Shown here one piece after another: positions 51,548 through 61,999 of a stretch of DNA of 64,000 nucleotides. The notes under the pieces were generated by a model, which was not told the origin of the DNA, made no database searches, and was given only the letters and a program-made list of their open reading frames with translations. The stretch comes from Tubulanus polymorphus (taxonomy: Eukaryota; Animalia; Nemertea): contig NC_134026.1 in NCBI RefSeq assembly GCF_964204645.1, forward strand, positions 7,959,950 through 8,023,949, in the 5' to 3' direction. Made by a program: the position numbers and the translations under genes. The stretch's first letter is position 1, and the number at the start of each line of letters is the position of its first letter.

Positions 51548-52086
51548 TTATTATAGAAATATTTTTACTTTCAATATTTGAAAATGTTATAACCCCAGTT
51601 GATAATAATGTCATAAATCCACCTAATTGAAACGATAAATATCCAATCCATTTATTTAATTCAGTCATAACTAAATAATCATTTTTTAAATCGGAATATA
51701 ATCTATTTTCATCTTCAATTGGTAGTATATAATTACATAATTTACTATAACCTTTTACTACATTTTCTGATATCGCGTCATTAATTCTAGCTGTTCTCGC
51801 GGCTTCATGAATCTTAAATAATCTAATAATTTCAAATGATTTCATTGTATCTAATTCATTATAAGTTAAATTTTTATCGACAAAATTTTTTACATTTTCC
51901 AGATGCTATTAATATTTCTAATTGATGTTTGCAATAAAGATAATATTCATAATTATTATTTGTTGTAACATTATTTAAAGCACCATCATCTGGAATTAAT
52001 TTGTTTTCTGTTATTCCTAAATCATCTAAAGTTTTTTCAATTGGAACATCACCATTTTTAGATTTTATTTTCTTTTCACCTACCAT
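51480..52086 (-). pseudogene. Hypothetical protein with C-terminal hydrophobic segment, +1 frameshift
   Basis: ORFs 51874-52086 and 51480-51845 join (CKNFVDKNLTYNELDTMK) if one A is removed from the A6 run near 51890. Confidence 0.7.
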
Positions 52087-52117
52087 TTATATAACAAAAA
52101 AATTAGTTGTGATGTTG

Positions 52118-52368
52118 CAACTAGAATTTAACTAGAATGTAACTAGAATTCAACTAGATTAACAAGCTAGTTGAAATATTGTTGTTTTTGTTTATTTCTA
52201 GTTAATTCTAGTTGATTTTTGTTTCAACTACTAACAACTAGAATTCAACTAGAATGTAACTAGAATTAAACTAGATTAACAAGCTAGTTAAAATATTGTT
52301 AAATCTAGTTGATTTTTGTTCCAACTACCAATAACTAGAATTCAACTAGATTAACAAACTAATTGAAT
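52118..52368. repeat. AACTAGAATT-based direct/inverted repeat array inside the Maverick
   Basis: Two ~120-bp higher-order copies built from CAACTAGAAT units and their inverse. Confidence 0.85.
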
Positions 52369-52977
52369 TTAAATAAATTCATATTTAAATGGGTGTTGTA
52401 ATCTAAATAGTAATTTTGATCTTTTAATATTTTTCAACTTATCCATATATTCATTATGTAAATCATGTGGAATAATATCATTTTCCTCAAGCGCATTTTT
52501 CATCGATTTTCTATCTTTATTGTAGAATAAAACTAGAAATCTAATGTTTTCTCTAAAGTCTTTAACAATTGAATTATATTTTTGATTTAAAACCCAAGTT
52601 GTTATCCCAAAATGTCTCCCATAGAAAGCTAGATAACATAACTCACTTTCTCTAACTTTTGAATCATGTAAATTTGCGCAATCATCTATAATAAATAATG
52701 TATTTGATCCTTTATAAATATCAATTGCTATTTTAATACAATTATTTGAATTTTCTTTTACTGTTTTAGGATCTAATATAATAAATTTATTATTTCTAGT
52801 AATATTTCTATCATAAGTTTGATTAAATTCATACGTTGGGCAAAATAATACTATATTATCAAAATAGTTTTCATAAACAGTTTCTAATAAATTTAATATA
52901 AAATAAGTTTTTCCACAATTTGTTACGCCAGAAATTAACATATTATGAGGCTCAAATATAAATAATTCCTTATTCAT
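52369..52977 (-). CDS. A32/FtsK-like genome packaging ATPase
   Basis: Walker A GVTNCGKT, Walker B LFIIDD, GRH motif, then VLNQ. Confidence 0.93.
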   Translation of the reverse strand: MNKELFIFEPHNMLISGVTNCGKTYFILNLLETVYENYFDNIVLFCPTYEFNQTYDRNITRNNKFIILDPKTVKENSNNCIKIAIDIYKGSNTLFIIDDCANLHDSKVRESELCYLAFYGRHFGITTWVLNQKYNSIVKDFRENIRFLVLFYNKDRKSMKNALEENDIIPHDLHNEYMDKLKNIKRSKLLFRLQHPFKYEFI

Positions 52978-54106
52978 TTATATATTTTTAATTTTACTTG
53001 ATAATATCCATTCATTGAATTTATCTGGCCATCCTACCCATTTTACTAAAGAATATTTTTTTCTTTTAATAGTTTTTGTTTTTAATACTTTTTCAATTTT
53101 ATATTCTTGTTCTAGATTTTCAGTAGTTAAACTTAATTCTTCTTCGTAAAAGTAGCCATCAACTTCTTCACCATCTAAATCTTCTAATTTATAGACATAT
53201 GGTTTTGTTGTTATTACCTTTTTTATTTTATATATTACTCTAGTAAAATTTCGATCGTATCCTTTATCAAATATCTTTTTATACTTAGAAATTCTAACAT
53301 TTTGACCAACTTTAAATTTAGGTTCACCAAAATCATCTACAAGAAATACTCCATATAAATTATTCCAAACAATTTCAGCATTTTCAGGTTTTCTAGCATC
53401 AATAGGTTTCATTCCAATAGAAGAATGATAAGAATTATTATATCCTTCTATCAATTTTGGTAAAACATCAATCCATTTAAAAGTATTATTTGCTGTAAAA
53501 TATTTCCACATTCTTGTTCTTAATGTTCTATTAAATCGTTCAACAACTGCTGCTTTTTTATCTGATTTTGTTGAAAAATATTTAATATTATGATTATCTA
53601 AGAGTTCATGAACAAGTGAATTATCAAACTCTTTTCCATCATCAAATTGTATTTTTTTCTGGTTTTAGTTTATCATCCGAAAGAAATTTTCTTAAAACAT
53701 TTGATGTTTGTACAGCATCTTTTCTATAAAGTGGGAAGCTCCATACATAACGACTAAAAATATCAATTATATTCAATAACCACCAATAATCATCATTATC
53801 TTTCTTAACATTTTTCATATCAATTAAATCTCCTTGCCACTGTTGATCTACATAACTTACCATAGTTTTACGAGTTTTATATTTTCTAACAATTTTTTTA
53901 TGTGTTGTATATGTTGGTTGTTCTAACATAAATTCATTTATATCTTCATATTTAACTAAATTTTGTGGGATTATCTTATCTAATTTATCTTGTTTTACTT
54001 GACGCCATATATTTTTGGTAGAAGAATAAGCAACCGAACTCTCAGGGTTGTAATATAAATTTCTTAAATATTGGTCCGTAGTATTAGGAGTTTTTTTACC
54101 TCCCAT
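52978..54106 (-). pseudogene. Retroviral-like (rve) integrase with C-terminal chromodomain, +1 frameshift
   Basis: WQGDLIDM, IDIFSRY, (QF)DDGKEF, KAAVVERFNRTLR, YKIEKVL...LVKWVGWPDKFNEW; frames join after removing one base from the T7 run at 53652-53658. Confidence 0.93.
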
Positions 54107-54136
54107 TTATATATCGTTAATTTTAAATTTATATTT

Positions 54137-55399
54137 CTAATATTGAATACTATCTAACTGTGAATTTACAATATTTAATTGTGCGTCAGATATAATATAA
54201 ATGTGCATTTTGAAATTTTTGTCTCCTTTTTTCTTTTTCATGAATAATTGTATTCCATCTTTAGTGTTCTGTAATTTCTTCCCAGAACCATGTAATGAAT
54301 TATCCTCTGTTGTTCTAAAATCTAACCATAATGCATATTTATTACCGGTATAATAATCAATTTGATTAATATTACAATTTTCAAATGATTTTACTTTTTC
54401 ATTCATAAAATGTTTTCTAATTTCTGGCCATTGATCAATCATTCTCATTCCTTGACAAAATATTTTATTTGCTATTCCTTCGATAGTTATTTCAACTTTT
54501 GTTATTTTAGGATTATAATAATTATCTACCTTTATTGCACCATTAGAATATGTTGCAATGGTAAAAAATATTAATATACCTTCTTGGTATTAACTATTAA
54601 TAGTTCTTCTTGGGAAGTTAATATTCTCATTAATTATTTCATCATTTGCATTAATAGTTACAGTTTTAAATTTATCAATATAATCATATAATAATGAAAA
54701 TCCTTGATTGTATTGAGTTTGAATTGTGCTAGCAATATTTTCATTAGTTACTGTGTTATATTCTAAACATATATTCGATAATTTATAACCCATATCTTTA
54801 ACAACGCTAGATAATACAATTTCATTTACGGGAGCAAATGTTATCTCAAATATAATATCTTCTTGAATTGCATATTTATATAAAGGTGAATTGTTATTTA
54901 TCAATTCAAAGTCTAATGGAATTTTATATTTGCTTCCATTAATCTTTTTAATCAAATTATCTGTGGCACGAGTTACTATTGCGTCATTAGCTCCTGATCT
55001 TAATTTATTATGGTTTTCCGATTGAATACCCTGAAATATCATATTATTTCTATTTTCTTTAGTTAACCATAAATCTTTATAATGCATAAATAAATTATAA
55101 TCATCTAATGAGAAAACTGTTTCTGGACCAATCTTTATTGTTAACTTTTTAATCAAATATCTTCCAACATTATCAACAACATAATTGTTATCATGACCAG
55201 TTACTTTTATATCGGCTGATAAATAAATACTATTTGGAACATAAAAAGTATTTTGTGTTAATCTAGGAATTCTAACATATAAAGTTTCATCGGGATTAAT
55301 ATTTGAAGGGTTATGAGTAATTATATGATGTGATCTTTCTGCTTTAATAGCATTAAATATTCTAGAAATCTTAGAAGGACTTATATAACTCCCACTCAT
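54137..55399 (-). pseudogene. Major capsid protein (double jelly-roll), in-frame 15-bp insertion with stop
   Basis: HIITHNPSNINPDETLYVRIPRL, YKLSNICLEY, NFPRRTI..GILIFF, YYNPKITKVEITIEG, YALWLDFR..DNSLHGSG, YIISDAQLNI; both ORFs are in one frame. Confidence 0.85.
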
Positions 55400-55439
55400 T
55401 TATTTAACAAAAAACTTAATTATTTATTTTTGATCATGG

Positions 55440-56878
55440 TTACTTGATATTTTTTGATATCATGTTTACTAAACCAAAGATAATAGTACTTACAACTGTA
55501 ATTAAAAATAGAATAATATGTTCAGCGGCAAAGTTAAGAATATTCCCAGCAGATTTCAATATAAAACCAACAATTGATGCAATAACTCCTGGCAATACTG
55601 CAGCAGATTTTTTAGATAGTTCCCATAAATATTTTGCTAATTTCTTTAAACCATCCTTAACTTTATCTTGTATAGAATTATTATCATTCGGGGGTTTATC
55701 CGGTTTATTGGGAGTAGGAGTAGATTTCAAAGCATTTGATATTGCTAAACCAATTGTTGTAGTAACATAGTTACAGCTGCTAGAATTGAAAGAATTGTTA
55801 TTCCTTCTAATTTAAATAATAACTTTATTCTATCTTTCAGTGATATTTCAGAATTTGGTTTAATCAACAAATCTTTAAAAATAACTTTTAATCTATTTAT
55901 ATTATAATCATATGATTTTAATAATAATTTAATTTCTTCTTTTTGTACTTCTAAATTATCTTTTAAATTATTAATTTCTTTTTCTAAACGTAATTCTTTT
56001 TGTCTATATTCTATTTCATCAATTACTTGATGATCTAAATCAGACTTTAATTGTTCTATTTCTTTATTTTTATCAGTTAATTCTTTTACCAAATACATAA
56101 TTTTTTGATCTCTTATACTTTTATTATGTGCAATTTTATCAGATGCAAGTCTTATACTAATAATTTCTCTAATTGCTTTATCAGAAAATATATCTAAATC
56201 TTCTAATTCTTGATCTGTTGCATCAAGTAATCCATTCGGTAAAAGTTTTTCAATTGGAACTTTATTTGATTTAAGTTTACTAGTTTTGGAAGTTATATTC
56301 TGTTCAGATGTTGTTTCTGTTTCTGATTTCTTTTTGATTATTTCAAATAATTCATTAATTCTTTGTTTAAATACGTCTATATTATCATCTATTTCTTTTT
56401 GTGTAACATCAGTTATTTCATTACTATTACTTATTATTTTAATTCTATCTGGTTTTAATTTTTCTAAAGTTGATTCTGATAACATTTTAGTTTTATTATT
56501 TTTATAAGTGATATCAATATAATAATCACCTTTCAAACGATAATAACATTTACCATTATCTAAAAATTTTAATTGATCTGCTAAAAGTCCAACGTCTTCA
56601 TCATTTATGTTAAGTTTAGATTTTTCAATTAAATCTTCTAATTAAGGTATTTTGTTTAAATTATCTATATCTTGTTTTACTAAATCTGGGTCTAAATTTT
56701 CAGGATTTAATTGTGATTCTGCATTTTTAATATAATCAAGCATATTCAAATTATTATTATATTCTGGCTCATTACCATCATTAAAACTTGTTTCATCAAA
56801 ATCAGGTGGTTGTTCATCAGTTATACCAGGTTCATCAAAAGGATCCATTCCAATATCTTCTCCACCTTCTACATCCAT
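55440..56878 (-). pseudogene. Long acidic/coiled-coil protein with C-terminal transmembrane/amphipathic helices (one stop, one frameshift)
   Basis: ORFs 56642-56878 and 55745-56536 are in frame across a TAA; frameshift at ~55765 joins to ...LPGVIASIVGFIL...IILFLITVVSTIIFGLV. Confidence 0.75.
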
Positions 56879-56893
56879 TTATATAAAAAAAAA

Positions 56894-58335
56894 TTAAAAT
56901 TTAAAATATAATATTCCTCCGATTACAATTCCTATACAGGTTATAGCTAATTTAGTATTTTCATGGGATTTATTGTCATTATCAGTTTTAATTATATCAT
57001 GTTGAATAACACCGTGTGGGTGCCATACGGCACCATTATCAGTTTTAATATCACCATGTGGGTGCCGTACGGCACCATTTTCTGTAGTATTGTAATCTTT
57101 TATTTTGGAATCATTATCCAATTTAATATTCTTAGTTTTAGTTTCTGTTGATTGAATATGTTTTTTATTTTTTTTACCTTCCATTAATTTTGGAGCAGTG
57201 ATAATCTTTTTATTTATATCATTTAACCCAAATGAATTATTTATTGTAGCAGTTTTAATTAGATTATTATAACCAATTATGTTTCCCATCTTTAATACTA
57301 AATCATTAGAAATAATTAATAGATTAGGGCCTATACAATAATTTAATCTAATATGTGATTTATCTAAATAATTTTGATATCTTATAATGTTTTCTGGAAT
57401 CGATCTATTTTTATCATTATGTATGGAATCTTCAAATAATACTTTGAATTGTTTCTGTGTATCAAATGATGTATTCAAATTTCCAATTATCGGTGATCTT
57501 GTTTCAACTTGCGCACCTAAAATACATATCAAATAAGTTCTAATAGATTGATTTATTCTTTGTATACCTGATTTTGTAAAACCTTCATTATTTTCTAAAA
57601 TTAAATAAACCCAACCATTATTGTTTTCTTGTTTTAAATTATCATAAAATTTCGGTAATTTATTGAAATTTAATGTTTCTAAATCCTTTGTTTCTATTTT
57701 ACCATAACCTAATTTATTATTATAGATATTATAAAAGCTATTAGATGGTATGGGAAGTGCACAATATTCTGCAATCTTTTTAGGGCAAGGAAGTGATCTT
57801 ATTGTTCCAATTTTTGTTCTAAAATCAGAATTATTTATATCTATATTAAATTCATTACAAATTTTATAAAACTTTGATGAATTAATATTATATCTAATTC
57901 TTTAAAATATCTTGATCCTGGTAAAGCGCACTCTAATTCATTTAATATTATTCTGATTTGAAAGTATGTATGAAATCTAAATAAACTTTGAATTAATTTA
58001 TATTTAGAATTATTCAAATGATCATTCCAACTAATTCCACAACCTGTTGTTGCACAATAAACAGCAAAATTTAATTGGTTCTGCCAATACTTCATATTAG
58101 ATTTTAATAACCATTGTTTTTCATCTTTCAATTTTTTAAAATTAATTAAATATACATGAAATATATTTTCCATCTTTGCATTAAAATTATTAGTTTCAGT
58201 AACATAAATTTCTAAATTAGTTAATGAATCTAAAACTTCATTTCTATATGTAATATCTTTATTAAAATCTATTGCTGGAATATTATATTTAATTGATTTA
58301 TTATATTGGAAAGCTTTTGGAAAACTATCTGCCAT
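56894..58335 (-). pseudogene. Conserved Polinton hypothetical protein with C-terminal TM anchor (frameshift ~57890)
   Basis: WQNQLNFAVYCATTGCGIS, FHTYFQIRIIL; the alternative frame is open through GFTKSGIQRINQSIRTYLICILGAQ to the TM tail. Confidence 0.75.
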
Positions 58336-58351
58336 TTATATAATTAAAAAA

Positions 58352-58786
58352 TTAATAATTTATTAATTCTTTTAATAATTTATCTTGTTCTTCAACTGTT
58401 ATATGACCATTTAAACTTATGATATAATCTAGTGTGTTCTTTAATTTATTAATTTCTTTTATATTAGTTTTAATTTTTTCTTTATTACTTTTTATATTTA
58501 ATTTTGAACTTATACCAGTTAAAACACTTGAACTTAATCCTAATACGCCAATTGATATAGCCAAAGGTGTTAATGGACTGAATATTGCTAGAAATGTTAT
58601 TACAGAACTAATTGTAACCGAACCACTAATAATCAAATAATATATAATTTTACTTTTTAAATATTTTTTCTTTTTTATCTTTAAGTCACTTTCAAATTCT
58701 AATATTTGTTTTTCTAAATATATTTTTAATTTAGTTTTATTTATATCATGAGGAATGATATCAATACTATCAACTTTATCTTCCAT
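58352..58786 (-). CDS. Two-TM membrane protein
   Basis: Two adjacent hydrophobic helices flanked by basic/coiled segments; TAAATG start. Confidence 0.75.
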   Translation of the reverse strand: MEDKVDSIDIIPHDINKTKLKIYLEKQILEFESDLKIKKKKYLKSKIIYYLIISGSVTISSVITFLAIFSPLTPLAISIGVLGLSSSVLTGISSKLNIKSNKEKIKTNIKEINKLKNTLDYIISLNGHITVEEQDKLLKELINY

Positions 58787-58806
58787 TTATTTAGCAAAAA
58801 AAATTA

Positions 58807-59228
58807 CTAATTAGTAAACTTATAAGCAACAAATATAACAATAACTGTTCCACCTAAAATCCAAATTATTTCATATTTCTTCTGTTCATTACTTGGGATA
58901 TAATAATCTGATAATTTAGGTTTGTATAGATGTAATTTTTCTTTATTGGTTACCGCGTTATATAAACCCATTGCATCATCAACTGATTGAAAATCTCTAT
59001 GTGAAATCTTCTGATCATATAATTCCTTGTTAATATAATCCATATAGTTTGTCTCTTTTCTCTATATTCTTCCGCAGCTTTATTATATTTCTCTAACGCT
59101 AAGTTATGTCTTCTTTGTTCTCCTAATGAACTATTTTTATCAATATGTTTAAATAAATAACCACCACCAGTAAATGCCAAAGCGTTAACAATTGCTGATC
59201 CTATAATAGTTATAATTGCAGAAGCCAT
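58807..59228 (-). pseudogene. Membrane protein with N- and C-terminal hydrophobic helices (frameshift ~59050)
   Basis: MASAIITIIGSAIVNALAFTGGGYLF...RHNLALEKY joins MDYINKEL...IIWILGGTVIVIFVAY. Confidence 0.72.
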
Positions 59229-59252
59229 TTATTTAGTAAAAAAATTATGCAT

Positions 59253-59474
59253 TTATATGGGAGGAATATATTTTTGTTTTTCTAAATAATCAATAGTTAA
59301 ATTAGATAAAGTAATTGCTAATGTTAAATTTAAAATATCATTTATATCAAATCTATCAACATTAACACTTCCCATTTTGAATACTTTTTTTAATACCATT
59401 GAATAACCAACAGTTCCAACAGATAGTAAGGCGCCATTATATAATCCAGTTATTATCCACTTATTATCACTCAT
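59253..59474 (-). CDS. Small hydrophobic protein
   Basis: 73 aa with two hydrophobic stretches, DYLEKQKYIP end; TAAATG start. Confidence 0.72.
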   Translation of the reverse strand: MSDNKWIITGLYNGALLSVGTVGYSMVLKKVFKMGSVNVDRFDINDILNLTLAITLSNLTIDYLEKQKYIPPI

Positions 59475-59831
59475 TTATTTATCAAAAAAATTACTATCAT
59501 CAAAATATTTAGTTAACTTATTTATGATTAATTCAACATTTATTTCATTACTAGTTTCATTTGTATATATTTCAATTATTATTTTTTTAATATCATCGAT
59601 GATAAAATCTTCATCTAATTCATAAAATCTTAAAGATTCTCTAATTAAATTAGTAATCTTTTCTACATTTAAAGTTTCTTTATCTATTGTTGTTTCATAC
59701 TCAAATGTTATTTCATTAGAAAATGCAATATTTTTAATATGTGTAATTACATCATTAACGTTAAATTTCATTTCTTTCTCACGTTTAAAATCATACCCAA
59801 AACATATACTCGGTCCAACAGTTATATTCAT
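59475..59831 (-). CDS. Hypothetical acidic protein
   Basis: 118-aa ORF with T-run/TAAATG start; its stop abuts the next ATG. Confidence 0.65.
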   Translation of the reverse strand: MNITVGPSICFGYDFKREKEMKFNVNDVITHIKNIAFSNEITFEYETTIDKETLNVEKITNLIRESLRFYELDEDFIIDDIKKIIIEIYTNETSNEINVELIINKLTKYFDDSNFFDK

Positions 59832-59847
59832 TTATATAATGAAAAAA

Positions 59848-60603
59848 TTACTCTTTACATCTTATAACTAATTCATAAATTACAGGAAAGTTATTCAAAT
59901 CAATTAAATAACCATTATGATTTCTTATTTCTAATTTAAAATTATTGAAATGTGGAATACAAGGTTTGAAATCACATTCAGTTAAATTATAATTTATTTG
60001 AGTTCCAAATTGTTTAACATTTTTTAATGGTAAAATATTTAATAAACCAGAATTACAAATTGTATCTTTAGTTGCTTCAAATGTTTTTGTTGGGTCAATT
60101 AAATTACAATAAATATAGAAATGTGTGTAAGGTATTATATTTGAGCTACCTTCTACGTTTCCAGTAACAATACGCGGTTTAATTCCTAACATTTTAGCTA
60201 TTGGTTTGTTTACCATAAATTTATTTTGTTCATTGGCTAACTTTATTTTAATTTCATCAGAACTATCACTTTTTATAAATCTAATTGAAAATTTATCTTC
60301 ACTTTCAAGTTTTAGTCGTGCTTTCCGATTAATTTCTTGGGCTAATGTTTCTAAATTATATAATCCTGGTTTTAAAAATAGATGAAACCATTTATTTTTA
60401 TTTCCAATATGAATTAAAAAGTCTCTATGTTCAAAAGTTTTAGCCGTTATATTATAAAATGAGTTACATAAACTTATATTAACTAATTTTAAATCAACAC
60501 AATTCTTAAATTCCCTATCTAATTGTATTAGTAAATTATGTGATTTATAATTTGTAAGTTTTCTAGAATCAACAAATATTCTGTATTCTTTTAATTCTAC
60601 CAT
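59848..60603 (-). CDS. Minor capsid protein (penton, single jelly-roll)
   Basis: LKPGLYNLETLAQEIN, YIYCNLID, LLNILP, FKLEIRNHNGYLIDLNNFPVIYELVIR are typical Polinton mCP motifs. Confidence 0.82.
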   Translation of the reverse strand: MVELKEYRIFVDSRKLTNYKSHNLLIQLDREFKNCVDLKLVNISLCNSFYNITAKTFEHRDFLIHIGNKNKWFHLFLKPGLYNLETLAQEINRKARLKLESEDKFSIRFIKSDSSDEIKIKLANEQNKFMVNKPIAKMLGIKPRIVTGNVEGSSNIIPYTHFYIYCNLIDPTKTFEATKDTICNSGLLNILPLKNVKQFGTQINYNLTECDFKPCIPHFNNFKLEIRNHNGYLIDLNNFPVIYELVIRCKE

Positions 60604-60671
60604 TATTTATAACATAAAAAAATTACCGCTCATCACTAAAAATTAATTTTAATAAAATTTTTCCTAAATAA

Positions 60672-61947
60672 ATGGATGAGAAGATAGCATGCGAAATTTG
60701 TGGTGAACTTCTAAGAAAAAGTAATATGGCTCGACATATGAAAAAACATGATGAAAATTATAAACCCCCTAAACTAAACTGTCCAAAATGTAATAAATTA
60801 TTCTCAAGAAATTATGTTAAAAAACATTCAGAGAAGTGTAGAATTAATGGCGCAACGGCTAATGTTGTTAGTAATGAAAGTAATAGTAATTCTGCCGAAG
60901 TTGAACCTGAAGTTATTTGGAAAAGACCTTTCTTATTCTATGATAAGGATGATATAAAAGATCATTTCTGTGAGCCTTGTCGAATGAAATTTAGTCCTGA
61001 CAAATATAGAAGATTGGGAGAATCATCAATTTCGTAAAGAACATATAGATAAAATTTCTAATAAATTTGAAACTGAATTTAATGAAAGAAAAAATAATTT
61101 ATTAGAAAAAATAAAATATGAGAAAACGTTACCAGATAATAAAGAAACAGTTGAAAAGTTAGAAAAACAATATAATGAATTAACAAGAAAAACATATTAT
61201 TGTAAATATTGTAAATTGATTATTACAACAAGTAATTCAAATCTACATAATAGAACAATAAAACATAAAGAAAACGTAAGAAAATACCAAGAGCTTAATG
61301 AAGATCTATTACCAATAAATTATAAACAAAAATGCCCACAATGTATTTATGCGACCTTACGACAAGAAGGTACTGTGTTATTTTGTGTTGATTGTGGATG
61401 GCAAAAGAATTTATGGGGTGAAGAAAAAACTAGACATTTTCTCATAGATCCAAAATTAAATTATCTAGATGAAATTTTTAAAATATTTTCTATAGAAGAT
61501 CATACACCAGAATATATGCAATGGCTTGAAAAAATGAAAATAATAGAAAATAAAAATGGTGAAATAACTAAAAAAGATATTATAAATACAATTATTCCGT
61601 CAACATTTAACACAAAACAAAAGAAAATGTATTTATATTTATTATTTAACGATTATTATGAAAAACCTAAATTAACAGAAGAAGATATGGAAAATATAAA
61701 AAAAATATTCAAACAAATATTAATGTATCATTTGGAAAATAGAATAACAGATTCAATAAATTATGAATTCTTTTTAAATAAGATTGTAAATTATTTAAAC
61801 CTAGATATTATAATTCCATTTGACGAATTAACAAACAAAAAGAAACAAAGAGAGCGAGATGAAATGTGGAACAAGATAGAACTTTATTTAAATGAAAAAA
61901 AAATGGAATGGAAGAAGAACCTAAACAAATTATACAAGAACAATTAA
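60672..61947 (+). pseudogene. C2H2 zinc-finger array fused to a VLTF3 (poxvirus A2-like late transcription factor)-like domain, frameshift ~61000
   Basis: CEIC..HMKKH, CPKC..HSEKC, CEPC..HQFRKEH, CKYC..HNRTIKH; then CPQC...FCVDCG zinc ribbon and INYEFFLNKIVNYL...KKQRERDEMWNKI. Confidence 0.7.
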
Positions 61948-61999
61948 ATGAAAATGAAGAAGCCAATAGTGATTTCGAGTTTGATGATATAGATCCATT

